A stretch of DNA of 64,000 bases from an uncultured Actinomycetota bacterium (GCA_963757685.1 CAVWSW010000006.1:359083-423082); one strand, 5' to 3'; positions 43,676 to 55,531 are shown, counted from the stretch's first letter. Numbers and translations are program-made. The notes: generated by a model from the sequence alone, not told the origin.

Positions 43676-45019
43676 TGGCAACCGTCTCTACCGTCCGATA
43701 CCAGCGCGGCCGCGGCTCCGAGCTGTTGTTGCTCGGCCTCTCCGCGTTCATCACGGTGTCGGCCCGCGCGCTCGTTGACTACCACGCCGACGTCTTGGTC
43801 ATCTCTCAGATGCTCTGGTACACGGTGATTGTCGTCGCCGTGCTGCTCGCGCATCCACCTCGCGCTTCGCCGCTGGGCACGCGACGCGGACCCCGTGATC
43901 GTGCCCGCGGTGGCCGCCCTGACCGGGGTGGGCCTCGCGATGATTCGGCGCATCGACTTCGCGTGGGCTCAGCGTGGAGCGCCCACCCACTTTGGCCAAA
44001 TCCAGTCCATGTGGGTGCTCGTGGGCGCTGGGCTATGCGTGCTCATCATCGTGGTGCTGCGCGACTACCGCGTGCTGCGTCGCTTCACGTACACGGCCGG
44101 CGTGCTTGGGCTCGTTGGCTTGCTGCTTCCGCTGATGCCCGTGATTGGCCGCGAGGTCAACGGCGCGCGCATCTGGATCGGCCTCTTTGGCCGCTCGCTC
44201 CAGCCAGGGGAGTTCGCCAAGATCGCGTTCGTGATCTTCTTTGCGGGGTACCTGCAGACCAACCGCGACACTCTCGCCGTGACGGGGCCCAAGATCCTGG
44301 GCATCCGTTTTCCGCGCGCTCGCGACATGGGCCCATTGATCGTGGTGTGGGCCGCGGCGATTGCGGTGCAGGTCTTCGAACAGGACCTCGGCACCTCACT
44401 GCTCCTCTTTGGCATCTTCGTTGGCATGCTCTACGTGGCAACGCGACGCACCAGTTGGGTCGTCCTTGGCATGGGGCTCTTCGTCGTGGGCGCCGCATTC
44501 GCCGGGCACGATGTTTGCGCACGTGCGCGTGCGCTACGTCGCGTGGCTCCACGCGCTGGACCCCGATGTCTACTCTTCTGGCCAATCCGAGCAGCTCGTG
44601 CGCGGCCTGTTTGGCATGGCGTCGGGCGGGCTATTTGGCACGGGGCTTGGCAAGGGCGCCCGGACCTCGTGCCGTACGCGTACTCGGACTTCATCATCGC
44701 CTCGCTTGGCGAGGAACTTGGCCTCACGGGACTGCTCGCGCTACTCATGCTGTACGTGATCATCGTGCACCGGGCGATGCGCACGGCCATCGGCGTGCGC
44801 GACGGATTCGGCAAGCTCCTCGCCGCTGGGCTGGGCTTCACGATCGCGCTGCAGACGTTCATCGTCGTCGGCGGCGTCATGCGCGTCATTCCGCTCACTG
44901 GCCTCGCCACTCCGTTCCTCGCGTACGGCGGTTCGGCGATGATCGCCAACTGGATCATCGTGGCGCTGCTGCTGCGAATATCGGACCAGGCGCGAAGACC
45001 GCAGGAGGTGACCGCATGA
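43675..45019 (+). CDS. rodA: RodA/FtsW SEDS protein; frameshifts
   Basis: NGARIWI, QPGEFAKI, DLGTSLL, SDFI...GEELG, IPLTG..TPFLAYGGS. Confidence 0.88.
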
Positions 45020-46489
45020 ACGAACCCATGCGCAAACTCTCCGTAGTCGTGCTGGTCATGTTCTTGGCGCTCATGGTGGCCGCGTCCTGGATTCAAGTGG
45101 TGGAAGCAACCTCGCTAAACTCGGACTCGCGCAACGTCCGCACGCTCTACCGCGAATTCGGCAACTTCCGCGGCCCCTTCGTCGTGGACGGCGAGAGCGT
45201 GGTGTTCTCGGCTCCCATCGACGACCCCTTCAACTACCAGCGCACCTACACCGACGGCAAGCTCTACGCCGCGGCCACCGGCTACTACTCGATCGTGTTC
45301 GGCAAGACCGCGCTCGAGCAGACGGAGAACGCGCTGCTCGCGGGAACGTCCGACGCGCTGTTCTGGAATCGCCTGCGGCGACCTCTTTGGCGGGCGCGGA
45401 GCAGCAAGGCGCGTCCGTCGAGCTCACGCTCCGCGCGCGAATGCAGCAGGTCGCGGCTGAGCAGCTCGGCGACCAGAAGGGCGCCGTCGTCGCGATCGAC
45501 CCGAGGACGGGCGCGATCCTCGCCATGGTGACGAGCCCCACGTTCGACCCCGCGGTGCTCGCGGGCCACGACACGCTCGGACGTCAACGACGCCTACCAA
45601 GCGCTGAACGACGACCCCAACGGGCCGCTCGTCAATCGCGCGATCGCGGGCGACACCTACCCGCCGGGCTCCACCTTCAAGCTCATCGTCGCCGCCGCCG
45701 CGCTGGAGGCCGGCTACAGCCCAGACTCCACGGTGTACGCACCGGATGAGCTGCCGCTCCCTGGCTCGACCAAGAGCCATCAAGAACTACGGCGGCGAGA
45801 GCTGCGGAGCCAGCGAGCAGATCACGCCTCGAGCAGCGCTCACCGTGAGCTGCAACACGGCATTCGCGGACTTGGGGATGACTTGGGCTGGGCCGCGATC
45901 GAGAACAAGGCGAAGGAGTTTGGCTGGACCGACACCTTCCGCGTGCCTCTCGTGGTCACGCCTTCGCGTCTGCCAGACGGACCCGGACCCTGCCCAGGTG
46001 GCGAATGAGCTCCATCGGCCAGTTCGACGTCCGCGCCACGCCCATGCAGATGGCGATGGTCGCGGCGGCTATCGCCAACGGCGGCATACTCATGACGCCC
46101 TACCTCGTGGACACCGCGCGAGCGAGCGACCTCAGCGTGATCGAGAAGTCCACGCCGGTGCAGTACGGCCAGCCGCTCACGACCCTCGAGGCCGACGCAG
46201 CTCACGCAGATGATGGTGTCGGTCGTGGACGAACGGCACGGGCAAGGCCGCGCAGATCCCCGGCGTCTCGGTCGCGGGCAAGACGGGCACCGCGGAGACG
46301 GGGCTCGACACGCCTCCGCACGCGTGGTTCGTTGGCTTCGCTCCCGCCGAGAATCCCGTGATCGCCGTCGCCGTGATCGTGGAGAACGGCGGCGACCTTG
46401 GCGACGAGGCAACGGGCGGCAAGGTCGCCGCGCCGATCGCCAAGGCCGTCATGGAGAAGGCCATCGAACTCAGCAAGGCGGGGAAATGA
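45016..46489 (+). CDS. pbpA: Class B penicillin-binding protein PbpA; frameshifts
   Basis: YPPGSTFK (SxxK), SCNT (SxN), GKTGTAE (KTG) across frames. Confidence 0.85.
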
Positions 46490-47427
46490 CGATGCGCGCG
46501 GGCACCACGCTCGCCGACCGCTACGTGCTGACGCTCGCTCCTCGCCGTTGGCGGCATGGGCGAGGTGTGGCGGGCCGAGGACACGGAGCTCGACCGCCCC
46601 GTCGCCGTCAAGGTGCTCAAGGAGGCGGCACAGCGGCAACGAGACGTTCCTCAAGCGCTTCCGCAACGAGGCGAAGAACGCGGCGGGCCTCACGCACCCC
46701 AACATCGCCCAGGTCTTCGACTACGGCGACCACGACGGCATCGCGTACCTCGTCATGGAGCTCGTCGAGGGCGAGCCGCTCAGCACCATTCTTGAACGCG
46801 AGCGCACCATCTCGAGGCGCGGCGTCGTCCGCATCCTCAACGAGACGTCAAAGGGCCTCGCGGCGGCCCACGATGCCGGCGTCATGCACCGCGACATCAA
46901 GCCTGGCAACCTGCTCATCTTTGGCGACGACCACGTCAAGATCACCGACTTTGGCGTGTCGCGAGGCACAGGCCAGACCACGCTCACCGCCACCGGAATG
47001 GTGATGGGAACCGCCCAATACCTCGCGCCCGAACTCGCGCTCGGCAAGCCGGCCACCCCGGCGTCGGACATCTATGCGCTCGGCATCATCGCGTACGAGG
47101 CCGTGGTGGGCAGGCGCCCCTTCACCGCGGCGAACGCCGTCGACATCGCGATCGCGCAGGTCAACGACCCCGTGCCGCCGCTCCCCGACGCAGTGTCGCC
47201 CGGCATGCGCGACTCATCATGGTGCTGCTCGAAAAGAACCCCCGCAAGCGGCCCCACACCACGGAGGCTTTGGACAAAGTGCTGGGTGCCATGCACGTGC
47301 CCGACGCTGTGCCGACTCCCGTTGGCCCCGGCGGCCTGCCGCGCGCGAGCCAAAGCGACAGATGCCGCCAAGCATCGCCCCGCGAGAGTTCCGCGCGAGG
47401 CCAGATGTGCGGCGCTCACCATCGTGA
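46486..47427 (+). CDS. pknA: Ser/Thr kinase PknA; frameshifts, 3' end uncertain
   Basis: GGMGEVW, VAVK, HRDIKPGN, DFG, GTAQYLAPE; lies between pbpA and pknB. Confidence 0.8.
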
Positions 47428-47489
47428 GCGCAGGAAATGCGACAATGATGCCAGGATACGGACCCGTTGGGCCCGCGGAGGGACGACAG

Positions 47490-49567
47490 ATGAGCGACGA
47501 CGCGAAGATTCTCGCGGGCAGGTATGAGGTCGGCGACCTCATCGGGCGCGGCGGCATGGCCGAGGTCCACATCGGCTACGACACGCGCCTTGGCCGCACC
47601 GTCGCCATCAAGATTCTGCGCGCGGACCTCGCGCGCGACCCGACCTTCCAGACCCGTTTTCGTCGCGAGGCGCAGTCGGCCGCTGGCCTCAACCACCCCT
47701 CGATCGTCGCCGTCTACGACACGGGCGAAGACACCGTTGTCAGCTCCACAGGCGTGCCGCAGGCCATGCCCTTCATCGTCATGGAGTACGTCGAGGGTCA
47801 CACCGTTCGCGACATCCTGAAGGGCGACGTCGCCGCGCCCATCGACGAGGCCGTCGAGATCGTCGCGGGCGTGCTCGCGGCGCTCGACTACTCGCACCAC
47901 GCGGGCCTCGTCCACCGCGACATCAAGCCCGCGAACGTGATGCTCACCCCCACGGGCGCGGTCAAGGTCATGGACTTCGGCATCGCGCGCGCGCTCGCCG
48001 ACGCCGGCCAGACGATGACGCAGACGCAAGCCGTCGTCGGCACGGCCCAGTACTTGTCGCCCGAGCAGGCGCGCGGCGAGAACGTCGACGCCCGCTCCGA
48101 CCTGTATTCGACCGGTTGCCTGCTCTTCGAACTCCTCACCGGGCGCCCCCCGTTCATCGGCGACTCGCCGGTTTCCGTCGCGTACCAGCACGTGCGCGAG
48201 GCGGCGCCGCGCCCGTCGCAGTTCGCGTCCGACGTCCCGCCAGAGCTCGACCAGATCGTTCTGCGCGCGCTCGCCAAGGACCGCAACGAGCGGTACTCGA
48301 GTGCCGGAGAGTTCCTCGCGGATCTGCGAGCGTTCAGCTCGGGAGACCCCGTTGATCCTTCAACCGGCGCCATCGGCGTTGGTGCTGCTGCCCTCATGGG
48401 CGGCGCTGCCGGCCTTGGCGCCGCTGCCCTCATGGGTGGCGATGGCACTGACCAGCCAACGCAGGCCATGCCGCCCGTCGTCGAGACCGGCGCCACCGAG
48501 ATCATGCCCGCGCAGTCGCCGTGGGCAACGGTTGCTCCAGCCGGCGCGGGCGCTGCCGCGCCCGTGATTGTGGCGCAGCCACTCGATCCCACTCTCCTTG
48601 ACGACGACGACCTTGATCGCAAGGGCAAGAACCGCAGCTATTGGTTGCTTGGCGGTGCAATTGTCGCCGCGCTGCTCGTCATTCTCGCTATCTTCATGTT
48701 CACGCGCGGCGGCGGGGCAGATCCCGACCCGTCCGCAACGGCCATTCCCATCGTTGACATGACCGGATTCACGCAAGCGGAAGCGCAAGCCGCGCTCGAC
48801 AAATTGGGCCTCGTGGCCGACTTCCAAGAGGAGCCCTCGGATACGCAAGATAAGGACCTCGTCACGCGTACGGACCCTGCGGCCGGTGAGACGGTCGCCG
48901 CTGGAGCCACCGTGACGGTATACCTTTCCACTGGCCCCGCAGAAGTCACCATTCCCGACGTTGCGAACATGACCCAAGAGGCTGCCATCGCCGCGCTCAC
49001 AGAAGCAGGTCTCGTGGTGCAACGCGTGGACTCCGACGACACGCATCCTGAGATCGCCAAGGACCTCGCTACCGGCACCGACACCGCCCGCAGGGACAGC
49101 CGCCGCGAACGGCGATGCCGTGGTGTTGCTCATCGCGAGCGGTCAAGTGGACCTGCCAGATGTCACCGGCACTACAGAGGACGACAGCGCGCGCGACGCT
49201 CGGGGACCTTGGCCTATCGATCACGACCAAACGGGTCGAGACCAGCAAGTACGCAGACGGCACGGTCTACAAGCAGAGCCCGACCCCTGGCCGCGTTGAT
49301 GTTGGCTCCACCGTCACCATCACCGTTGCCTCGACGCCTACCACTGCACCGGTGCCCAATGTCGTTGGCAAGTCGCAAGCGGACGCAACGGCCACGCTCA
49401 TTGACGCGGGCTTCAAGGTGACCGTCAAGTCTGGCCCGTCGAACGACCAGCCAAACGGCAATGTCTTTGCGCAGAGCCCTGAGGCCGGGATCTCGCTTGG
49501 CATTGGGCAGCCCGTGACGATCTTCGTGTCAACCGGGCCGGCGCCCACCGACCTCGCCGCCCCATAG
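47490..49567 (+). CDS. pknB: PASTA-domain Ser/Thr kinase PknB; frameshifts near 49090-49190
   Basis: IGRGGMAEV, HRDIKPAN, DFGIARA, TQT.AV.GTAQYLSPEQ, TM, about 4 PASTA repeats; GGAGG RBS. Confidence 0.92.
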
Positions 49568-49578
49568 CCGCGCCCTGC

Positions 49579-49793
49579 TTAGCGGTGCACAAGCACGCCT
49601 GCACGGTGCTTCTTGTGCACCGCTTGCTTTGACACGCCTAGGTCTGCCGCGATCTGCTCCCACGTGAGCCCCGCATTACGTCCGCGGCGCACTGCGCCGC
49701 TTCTTGCTGCTCAATGTCTCGCCGTGCCGCGCGCACCTCTTGCAGGGCACGCCGCACACCATCCGGGTCCGCCTCGTCAGCCATCGTCACCAT
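49579..49793 (-). CDS. Small HTH protein (about 71 aa; one frameshift near 49695); absent from ORF track
   Basis: MVTMADEADP...RRDIEQQEAA / VRRGRNAGLTWEQIAADLGVSKQAVHKKH; GGAGG RBS. Confidence 0.75.
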
Positions 49794-49809
49794 GTCCCAC
49801 TACCTCCTC

Positions 49810-49827
49810 CGTCAACCCTAGTTGACG
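49810..49827. promoter_or_regulatory. Palindromic operator upstream of HTH gene
   Basis: CGTCAAC-ccta-GTTGACG perfect dyad next to the RBS. Confidence 0.65.
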
Positions 49828-49868
49828 CGAAGAGGGCGTGTCAGCAATGTTCGCTGCGGGGAAAAGAA

Positions 49869-50489
49869 CTACCGACGCACGAGGGGCGACAGGCCAGCGG
49901 AACGCGCCTCGGCGTCGGGCATGCCGCACACCTCAAGCCAATTGGCGAGCAGGCGGTGCCCGCCCTCTGTGAGAACGGACTCCGGGTGAAATTGCACGCC
50001 CGTGAGGGGCAGCGTGCGGTGTTGCAAGCCCATGATGATGCCCGACGCCGTGGTTGCGGTGACCTCGAGCTCGTCAGGAACGGTGGGGGTTTCCACGGCG
50101 AGCGAGTGATAGCGCGTTGCCGTGAACGGCGAGGGAAGGCCGGTAAGTACGCCATCGCCCTCGTGCTCCACGTGCGAGGTCTTGCCGTGCATGAGTTCTG
50201 GCGCGTGGCTCACGACTCCGCCAAAGACCTCGGCGAGCGCCTGGTGACCAAGGCACACTCCCAGCATCGGCACGTTCGCCTCGGCACACTCGCGAATGAT
50301 CTCGAGCGAGCAGCCGGCCTCCGCGGGGGTGCCGGGGCCGGGGGAGACGAGCACGCCGTCGAACTCGCTCACGGGAGGGTGCGGGACGTCGTTGCGAAAC
50401 ACGACGGTCTCGGCGCCCATCTGGCGCAAGTAGCCAACGATCGTGTAGACAAACGAGTCGTAGTTGTCGATCACGAGGATGCGCGTCAT
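49869..50489 (-). CDS. trpG: Aminodeoxychorismate/anthranilate synthase component II (glutamine amidotransferase)
   Basis: IDNYDSF, SPGPG.P, GVCLGHQ, RYHSL, VQFHPES. Confidence 0.92.
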   Translation of the reverse strand: MTRILVIDNYDSFVYTIVGYLRQMGAETVVFRNDVPHPPVSEFDGVLVSPGPGTPAEAGCSLEIIRECAEANVPMLGVCLGHQALAEVFGGVVSHAPELMHGKTSHVEHEGDGVLTGLPSPFTATRYHSLAVETPTVPDELEVTATTASGIIMGLQHRTLPLTGVQFHPESVLTEGGHRLLANWLEVCGMPDAEARSAGLSPLVRR

Positions 50490-50653
50490 GTGCCATCTCC
50501 CACACTTTGGTCCTGAATGCCGAACGTCACGGACACCCACGGGAAAACGTACTCGAACAGAGCCCACACGATCGCCGCGAGCGCAACGACAACGATAATC
50601 GCGCGCAACCAGCGAGGGCCAGGGATCGCGCTCCAGACCGCGGGAAAGATCAT
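50486..50653 (-). CDS. Small membrane protein between sortase and trpG
   Basis: MIFPAVWSAIPGPRWLR...LFEYVFPW; ATGA overlaps on both sides. Confidence 0.75.
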   Translation of the reverse strand: MIFPAVWSAIPGPRWLRAIIVVVALAAIVWALFEYVFPWVSVTFGIQDQSVGDGT

Positions 50654-51448
50654 GAGGACGTCACCTCGGCGAGTTCCGCGGGCACGCCGTTGCCCGTTGG
50701 CGACCAGTACACGAGCTCGCCGTGCACAACGTAGCGCTGCGCCGCGGAGTACATGGGTGGCAACTCGTGAGCGTGATGTAGTGGTTGTCGGGCGCGGCCC
50801 CTGGGTTGTTGGGCACTGGCGCGATGACCTTGACCGCCGATGGGCTTCACGATCTCGTGGCTCGTCACCTGATACACGAACCACGCGTCCTTTGTCTGGA
50901 CCACGAGGTAGTCGCCTGTCATGAGTTCGGCGATGCGGTTGAACGGCTTGCCGTACGTGGTGCGGTGCGCGCTGATCGCGAAATTGCCGAGCCCGCCTGG
51001 CATCGCGGTGTTGGGGTAGTGGCCGATCCCGAGCCTGTCGAGAATCTTGTGCCGGTCAACGCCCTCGGAGATGGGCTTGATGTAGTCCGCGCCCCAACGC
51101 GGCACGTAGAACGTCGCGAAGGTGGTGCCCACTGCGGGCTCCTGCATGTCCGGCGCGGTGTCAGGGCTGAGCTTCAGCTCGTCCGGGATGGCCTTTGGCG
51201 CGTCGCCCGACAGGCTGGTTCGCGGTGATGGCCGGCGTGTACGCCCAATCCAGGTCCGCCACCGTCTGTTCTTGCACGGCGTTGGCCTCGACGTCGGTGT
51301 AGAACAGCTGCCACACCACGTAGAGCCCAAGCACGGCTCCCGCGATGATCATGAGCTCGCCAACCAACGCGAGCGCGCGCGAGCCCACGCCCGGCCGCTT
51401 GGCCCGCGTGGCGTCGGGCGTAGCGGCGGGCTCCGCGACCGTTTCCAT
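50650..51448 (-). CDS. Class E sortase; frameshifts
   Basis: GEL.I..G..LGLYVVWQL, GHYPNTAMPG..GNFA.SAHRTTYG.PF, TLTSCHP...RY across frames. Confidence 0.85.
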
Positions 51449-51583
51449 GGTCCTGCAAGGGTACGCGACGCGGCTCGACAAGAAAATGAGAGGTTGCGCA
51501 CACGCGCCGTTTGCCACGATTCCAAGGCCGGCGCTCGCGCGGGTACTCTTATCCCCAGTGTTCACCCGTTAGAGGAGCCCGCA

Positions 51584-51832
51584 GTGCCCGTGTCAAAGAA
51601 GCGCGACAAGAAGCAATCCGTCAAGGTGCCTCGCAACGTCGGCAAGGTCTCAACCGAGAATCCAGCTTGGTTGCTGCCCACCGCGCTGACGCTGGTGATC
51701 TTGGGCCCGGCGTGGATCATCGTCTACTACATCTCCAAGGGCGCATACCCCCTGGACATCGGCCACTTGAACGTCGCCGTTGGGTTCTTGTTCCTCATGG
51801 CGTCGATGGTCCTCTTCACGCGCTGGAAGTAG
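51584..51832 (+). CDS. crgA: Cell division protein CrgA
   Basis: MPVSKKR, NPAW, two TMs, C-terminal TRWK; GAGGAG RBS; conserved position. Confidence 0.9.
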   Translation: MPVSKKRDKKQSVKVPRNVGKVSTENPAWLLPTALTLVILGPAWIIVYYISKGAYPLDIGHLNVAVGFLFLMASMVLFTRWK

Positions 51833-51844
51833 CGACAAGTAGTT

Positions 51845-51900
51845 ACACCCATGTAGTTATCCCCGGCTGGGGACAACCTTGGGGAGAACTACACGCGTGT
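51845..51900. promoter_or_regulatory. Imperfect dyad carrying three DnaA-box-like 9-mers after crgA
   Basis: TTATCCCCG 51857; TGGGGACAA 51868; TGGGGAGAA 51880; flanks TGTAGTT/AACTACA. Confidence 0.5.
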
Positions 51901-52651
51901 GATTCGCTGGTTTCTTGCGGGCCTGCCGCTTCTCGACGCCTCGCAGCATCACCAGCATCGTGAGTGCCCCCGCAACGGCTCCGCCGAGGTGGCCCTGCCA
52001 CGAGATACTGCTCGATGAAGAAACCAAGGAACAAGCCAAATACCGGCCGACGCTATGAGCGTTTGAGCGGGCAACTTCAGTTTGAGCAACACGACCGCGT
52101 AGCCGGCGATGAGGCCAAAGATCGCTCCAGACGCGCCTACCGCCGCGCTATTGAACAGCACAACGGCAAGTGACCCGCCAAGCAGCGACACGAAGTAGAG
52201 GATCGTGAACCGAAGGCGTCCAAGGATCGGCTCCAACTGCGTGCCGAATTGCCACAACACGAACATGTTCATCGCGATGTGCAGATAGCCGCCATGCGTG
52301 AAGCCGCTCAGGATCCAATCGGACCACTGCGAACCGGGGTGAATTGCCCACGCCGTGATCCACTTGCCGCGACCGCCAAGTAGCAAGGGGCCAACAAAGT
52401 ACGCCACGACGTTCGCGATGATCAGCGCGTACGTGACGACCGGCTGGCCGCCCGCGCTCACAAAACCCAAGGCGGTTGAACAACGGTCCGCGCTGCTCCG
52501 CCGCCTCGCGCACGCAGTCAACGCACTGAATGCCAACGGGCGCTGGCCGCTGACACTCCGGGCACACAGGGCGCCCGCAGCGTTGGCAGTTCACATACGA
52601 AACCCTGTCGGGGTGGCGCGGGCAAACGGGAGGCGAGGCAGCGTCGGGCAC
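51857..52651 (-). CDS. Rhomboid intramembrane serine protease with N-terminal Zn-finger; frameshifts
   Basis: C.RHPDR...CQRCGRPVCPEC..C..C, HIAMNM, GASGAIFG, SWQGHLGG. Confidence 0.85.
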
Positions 52652-52658
52652 GCCGAAC

Positions 52659-53201
52659 CTAGTCCTCTGTGATGGTGACGCCCGTGATCATGACGTCCTC
52701 AAGCGGGCGGTCATTGCGACCAACGGGAGTGGTGGCGATCTTGTCAACGACCGCACGCGACGCGTCGTCGGCAACCTTGCCAAAGATCGTGTGCGCGCCG
52801 GTGAGGTGAGGCGTGGGCCCAACGGTGATGAAGAACTGCGAGCCGTTGGTGCCGCCCGGACGCCCGGTGATGGGGTTGAGGCGCTTTCCCGCGTTCGCCA
52901 TGGCGAGCAGGTAAGGCTCCGTGAACGCGAGCTCTGGGTGGATCTCGTCGTCGAAGTTGTAGCCAGGGCCGCCCGTGCCGGTTCCCTGAGGGCAGCCGCC
53001 CTGGATCATGAATCCGTCAATGACGCGGTGGAAGACGAGCCCGTCGTAGAACGGCTCGTGGCTTGGCTGACCGGTCTCTGGGTCCTTCCACTCCTTCTCG
53101 CCGGTGGCGAGGCCGGTGAAGTTGGCAACCGTCGCCGGTGCGTGGTTGGGGTATAGCTCCACGATGATGGAGCCTTCTGTCGTCTCAATCGTTGCCTTCA
53201 T
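52659..53201 (-). CDS. ppiA: Cyclophilin-type peptidyl-prolyl isomerase
   Basis: [35 protein letters not shown]. Confidence 0.95.
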   Translation of the reverse strand: MKATIETTEGSIIVELYPNHAPATVANFTGLATGEKEWKDPETGQPSHEPFYDGLVFHRVIDGFMIQGGCPQGTGTGGPGYNFDDEIHPELAFTEPYLLAMANAGKRLNPITGRPGGTNGSQFFITVGPTPHLTGAHTIFGKVADDASRAVVDKIATTPVGRNDRPLEDVMITGVTITED

Positions 53202-53287
53202 AGGCCCCATTGTTCCACGGCCTCGCCATTGAGCGGTTTGCGTGGCACGATGGAAAGAGAACATCTGATGTGGGGAAAGGAATCACC

Positions 53288-54224
53288 ATGAACACGGCGA
53301 AGGCTAAGCAAGGCGACGCAGGACTACCAGAAGCAGGCCGCGGAGGCCGCAAAGGTGGCGAAGGCCGCGGCTGTAGAGGCCGCGTCAGCGGCGGCTGAAG
53401 CTGCCGCGCGCGCCAAGGAGTGGGCGGGTCCGCAGGTTGACCAAGCGAAGGAATGGCTGGGACCGCGAGCCAAGCACGTCTACGCAGAGGGTGCCCGACG
53501 CGCAGAACCGTTTGTGCGTAAGGCCGGCTCGCGTGCGGGCGAGTGGAGCGACGCCCTTCACGCAGCCGTTGTTGGCGCCGCCATCCCCGCCGTGATCGCC
53601 GCAGTCGATTCCGCGGCACACACGGACGACGAGCCCGAATACAAGAGCGTGTGGCCCAAGATCGTGATTCCCGCGATGCTCGTTGGGGCAGCCGCCGCCG
53701 CGCTCGTCGTCTGGGCGCGGCGCGACCCGGGCCGCGACACGTGGGCAGGCGAAGATGACGAGTGGGAGTTCGCCGACGACTCGGCCTTCAAGGACCAGCT
53801 CCGCGACGGCGTAAACCGTGCAGCCGACGCCGCGACGGACGCCGCCAAGCGTGCCGCCGTCGCCGCAAGCGCCGCCGCTTCTGCAGCCGCCGAAGTCATC
53901 ACCGAAAAGGCGGGCCCCGCGGTTGCCAAGGTGAAAGACACCGCCGTTGCCGAGGCCAAGAAGGTGGCGGACGCTGCCGGTCCCGCCGTGACCAAGGTCA
54001 AGGAGACCGCGGTTTCCGAGGCCAAGAAGGTCAAGGACGCCGCGGGCGAGGCGCGCTCAAAGGCGGCTGCCGGGCTCGCGGACACGTTCGACGACGCGGA
54101 GGACGTGTGGGAGGACGAAGGCGGCACCAACGACGACGGGCTCACACCCGTAGAGAAGGTGGCACCCGTCAAGCCGGCTCGCAAGCCCGCAGCAAAGAAG
54201 CCTGCGCCTAAGAAGCCCGAGTAG
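53288..54224 (+). CDS. Ala/Lys-rich membrane protein at the cwsA position (frameshift near 5' end)
   Basis: GAAAGGA RBS before ATG 53288; single TM; AKKP tail; divergent from ppiA. Confidence 0.6.
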
Positions 54225-54811
54225 TTCCTAGCCGAGCCTCGAGCCCCGCGCGCACCGCGGGCCACTCGGAGTCGAGGATCGAGAACACCACGGTGTCTCT
54301 GATGGATCCGTCGCGCCACAACGTGTGTTGCCGCAGGATGCCGTCCTGAGTGGCGCCCAGTTTCGCGATTGCCGCGCGGGACTGGGCGTTGCTTGCGTGG
54401 GTACGGAACTCGACTGCGATGCAGTTCAGGTCTTCGAACGCCCTCGAGAGCAGCAAGTACTTGGCTGCGGGGTTGATCGCCGTTCCGTGCGCCGCCGTGC
54501 CCATCCACGTTGACCCAATCTCGAGCCGCCGGTTGGGCTCATCGAGATTCATGTACGTGGTCATGCCGACGGCCGCGTTGGAGTCCCGGTCGATGATCGC
54601 CCACGGCGCCATCCGCCCAGCCGCGTGCTCCGCGAGGCGACGGTCGATTTCGGCCGGTACCGCGTCGGGCGCGGGAACGGTTGTGTACCAGGCGGTTTTC
54701 CAAAGATTGTCCTGGCCCGACGCTATGGCGAGGGCCGGCGCGTGCGCTTGGCTCAGCGCGTTCAAGCGTCACGCGGCCAAGGGTGAGCGTTGGCGTATCG
54801 GCAAAGGACAT
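54208..54811 (-). CDS. RimJ/RimL-type GNAT acetyltransferase (frameshift near 54760)
   Basis: LEIGSTW, N..AK.LLL..AFE, VEFRT...N..SR.AI..LGA..DGILR, RDTVVFSI. Confidence 0.85.
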
Positions 54812-54943
54812 GGCGTCAGGGTATCGGTAAGGGTCCCGAGCGCGTTCGCCGCGGTGCTCGGCCTTCTGGGCGCTCGTCGCGGGCTCGCAGTGCGGGGATT
54901 GTTGGCTCTGGCTAGCCGCACGCGCGGGGCGTAAGGTTCCCAC

Positions 54944-55291
54944 ATGGCCAACGAGGATCCAACCGTCTCCAACCCGGAGCATTACCGCGTCCTGTTCGAA
55001 AACGAGCATGTGCGGGTGCTGGACTACGCGGACGTCCCAGGCGACCGCACCACCCCGCACGTGCATCCCAACAGCGTGATGATCACGCTCACGGATTTTC
55101 ACCGGAAGCTGATCACGCCCGCAGGGGATCGCGATGTTGCGCTGATCGCCAACCAAGCCGTGTGGCTCCCCGCCCAGCGTCACGCGGGCGAAAACATAGG
55201 GTCCACCCCAACGCACACGATCTTGGTTGAGCTCAAGGGCGATTCGGCGGGAGCAATCGATGGCGCCGCAGTAGGGCCAGATATCCGGTAG
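54944..55291 (+). CDS. Cupin-fold protein
   Basis: FENEHVRVL, PG..T.PH.HP, H.GENIG, VELK. Confidence 0.8.
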   Translation: MANEDPTVSNPEHYRVLFENEHVRVLDYADVPGDRTTPHVHPNSVMITLTDFHRKLITPAGDRDVALIANQAVWLPAQRHAGENIGSTPTHTILVELKGDSAGAIDGAAVGPDIR

Positions 55292-55307
55292 TGCCCGGAG
55301 CGGGGAG

Positions 55308-55380
55308 TGGAGCCTAGGGGAATCGAACCCCTGACCTCCTGCTTGCAAAGCAGGCGCTCTACCAATTGAGCTAAGGCCCC
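55308..55380 (-). tRNA. tRNA-Ala(TGC)
   Basis: GGGGCCTTAGCTCAATTGGTAGAGCG-CCTGC-TTTGCAA-GCAGG...GGTTCGATTCC-CCTAGGCTCCA; G3:U70 pair. Confidence 0.97.
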
Positions 55381-55404
55381 GCGGGACGTGCACATCTCAA
55401 AAAA

Positions 55405-55518
55405 CTAGAAGCGATCCAGAACCTCGTCCCAGAGGTCTCGCGGCTCGCGGTCGCTGAGCACGACCACAATCGCAACAACCGCTGCGGCGGCGAGTGCCAC
55501 CAGTGCGAGTTTCTTCAT
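55405..55518 (-). CDS. DLW-39 family small protein (37 aa); absent from ORF track
   Basis: MKKLALVALAAAAVVAIVVVLSDREPRDLWDEVLDRF; GAGGTG RBS; between tRNA-Ile and tRNA-Ala. Confidence 0.8.
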   Translation of the reverse strand: MKKLALVALAAAAVVAIVVVLSDREPRDLWDEVLDRF

Positions 55519-55531
55519 CTCATCACCTCAG

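Noticed and set aside
42829-45531. 900-aa ORF
   Set aside because: Chimera of frameshifted pstP, rodA and pbpA segments
46398-49421. 1007-aa double-kinase ORF
   Set aside because: Artefactual pknA-pknB join caused by indels; pknB has its own RBS and ATG at 47490
41218-52651. True pseudogenisation or programmed frameshifting
   Set aside because: Indels are scattered with no slippery sites and hit essential genes
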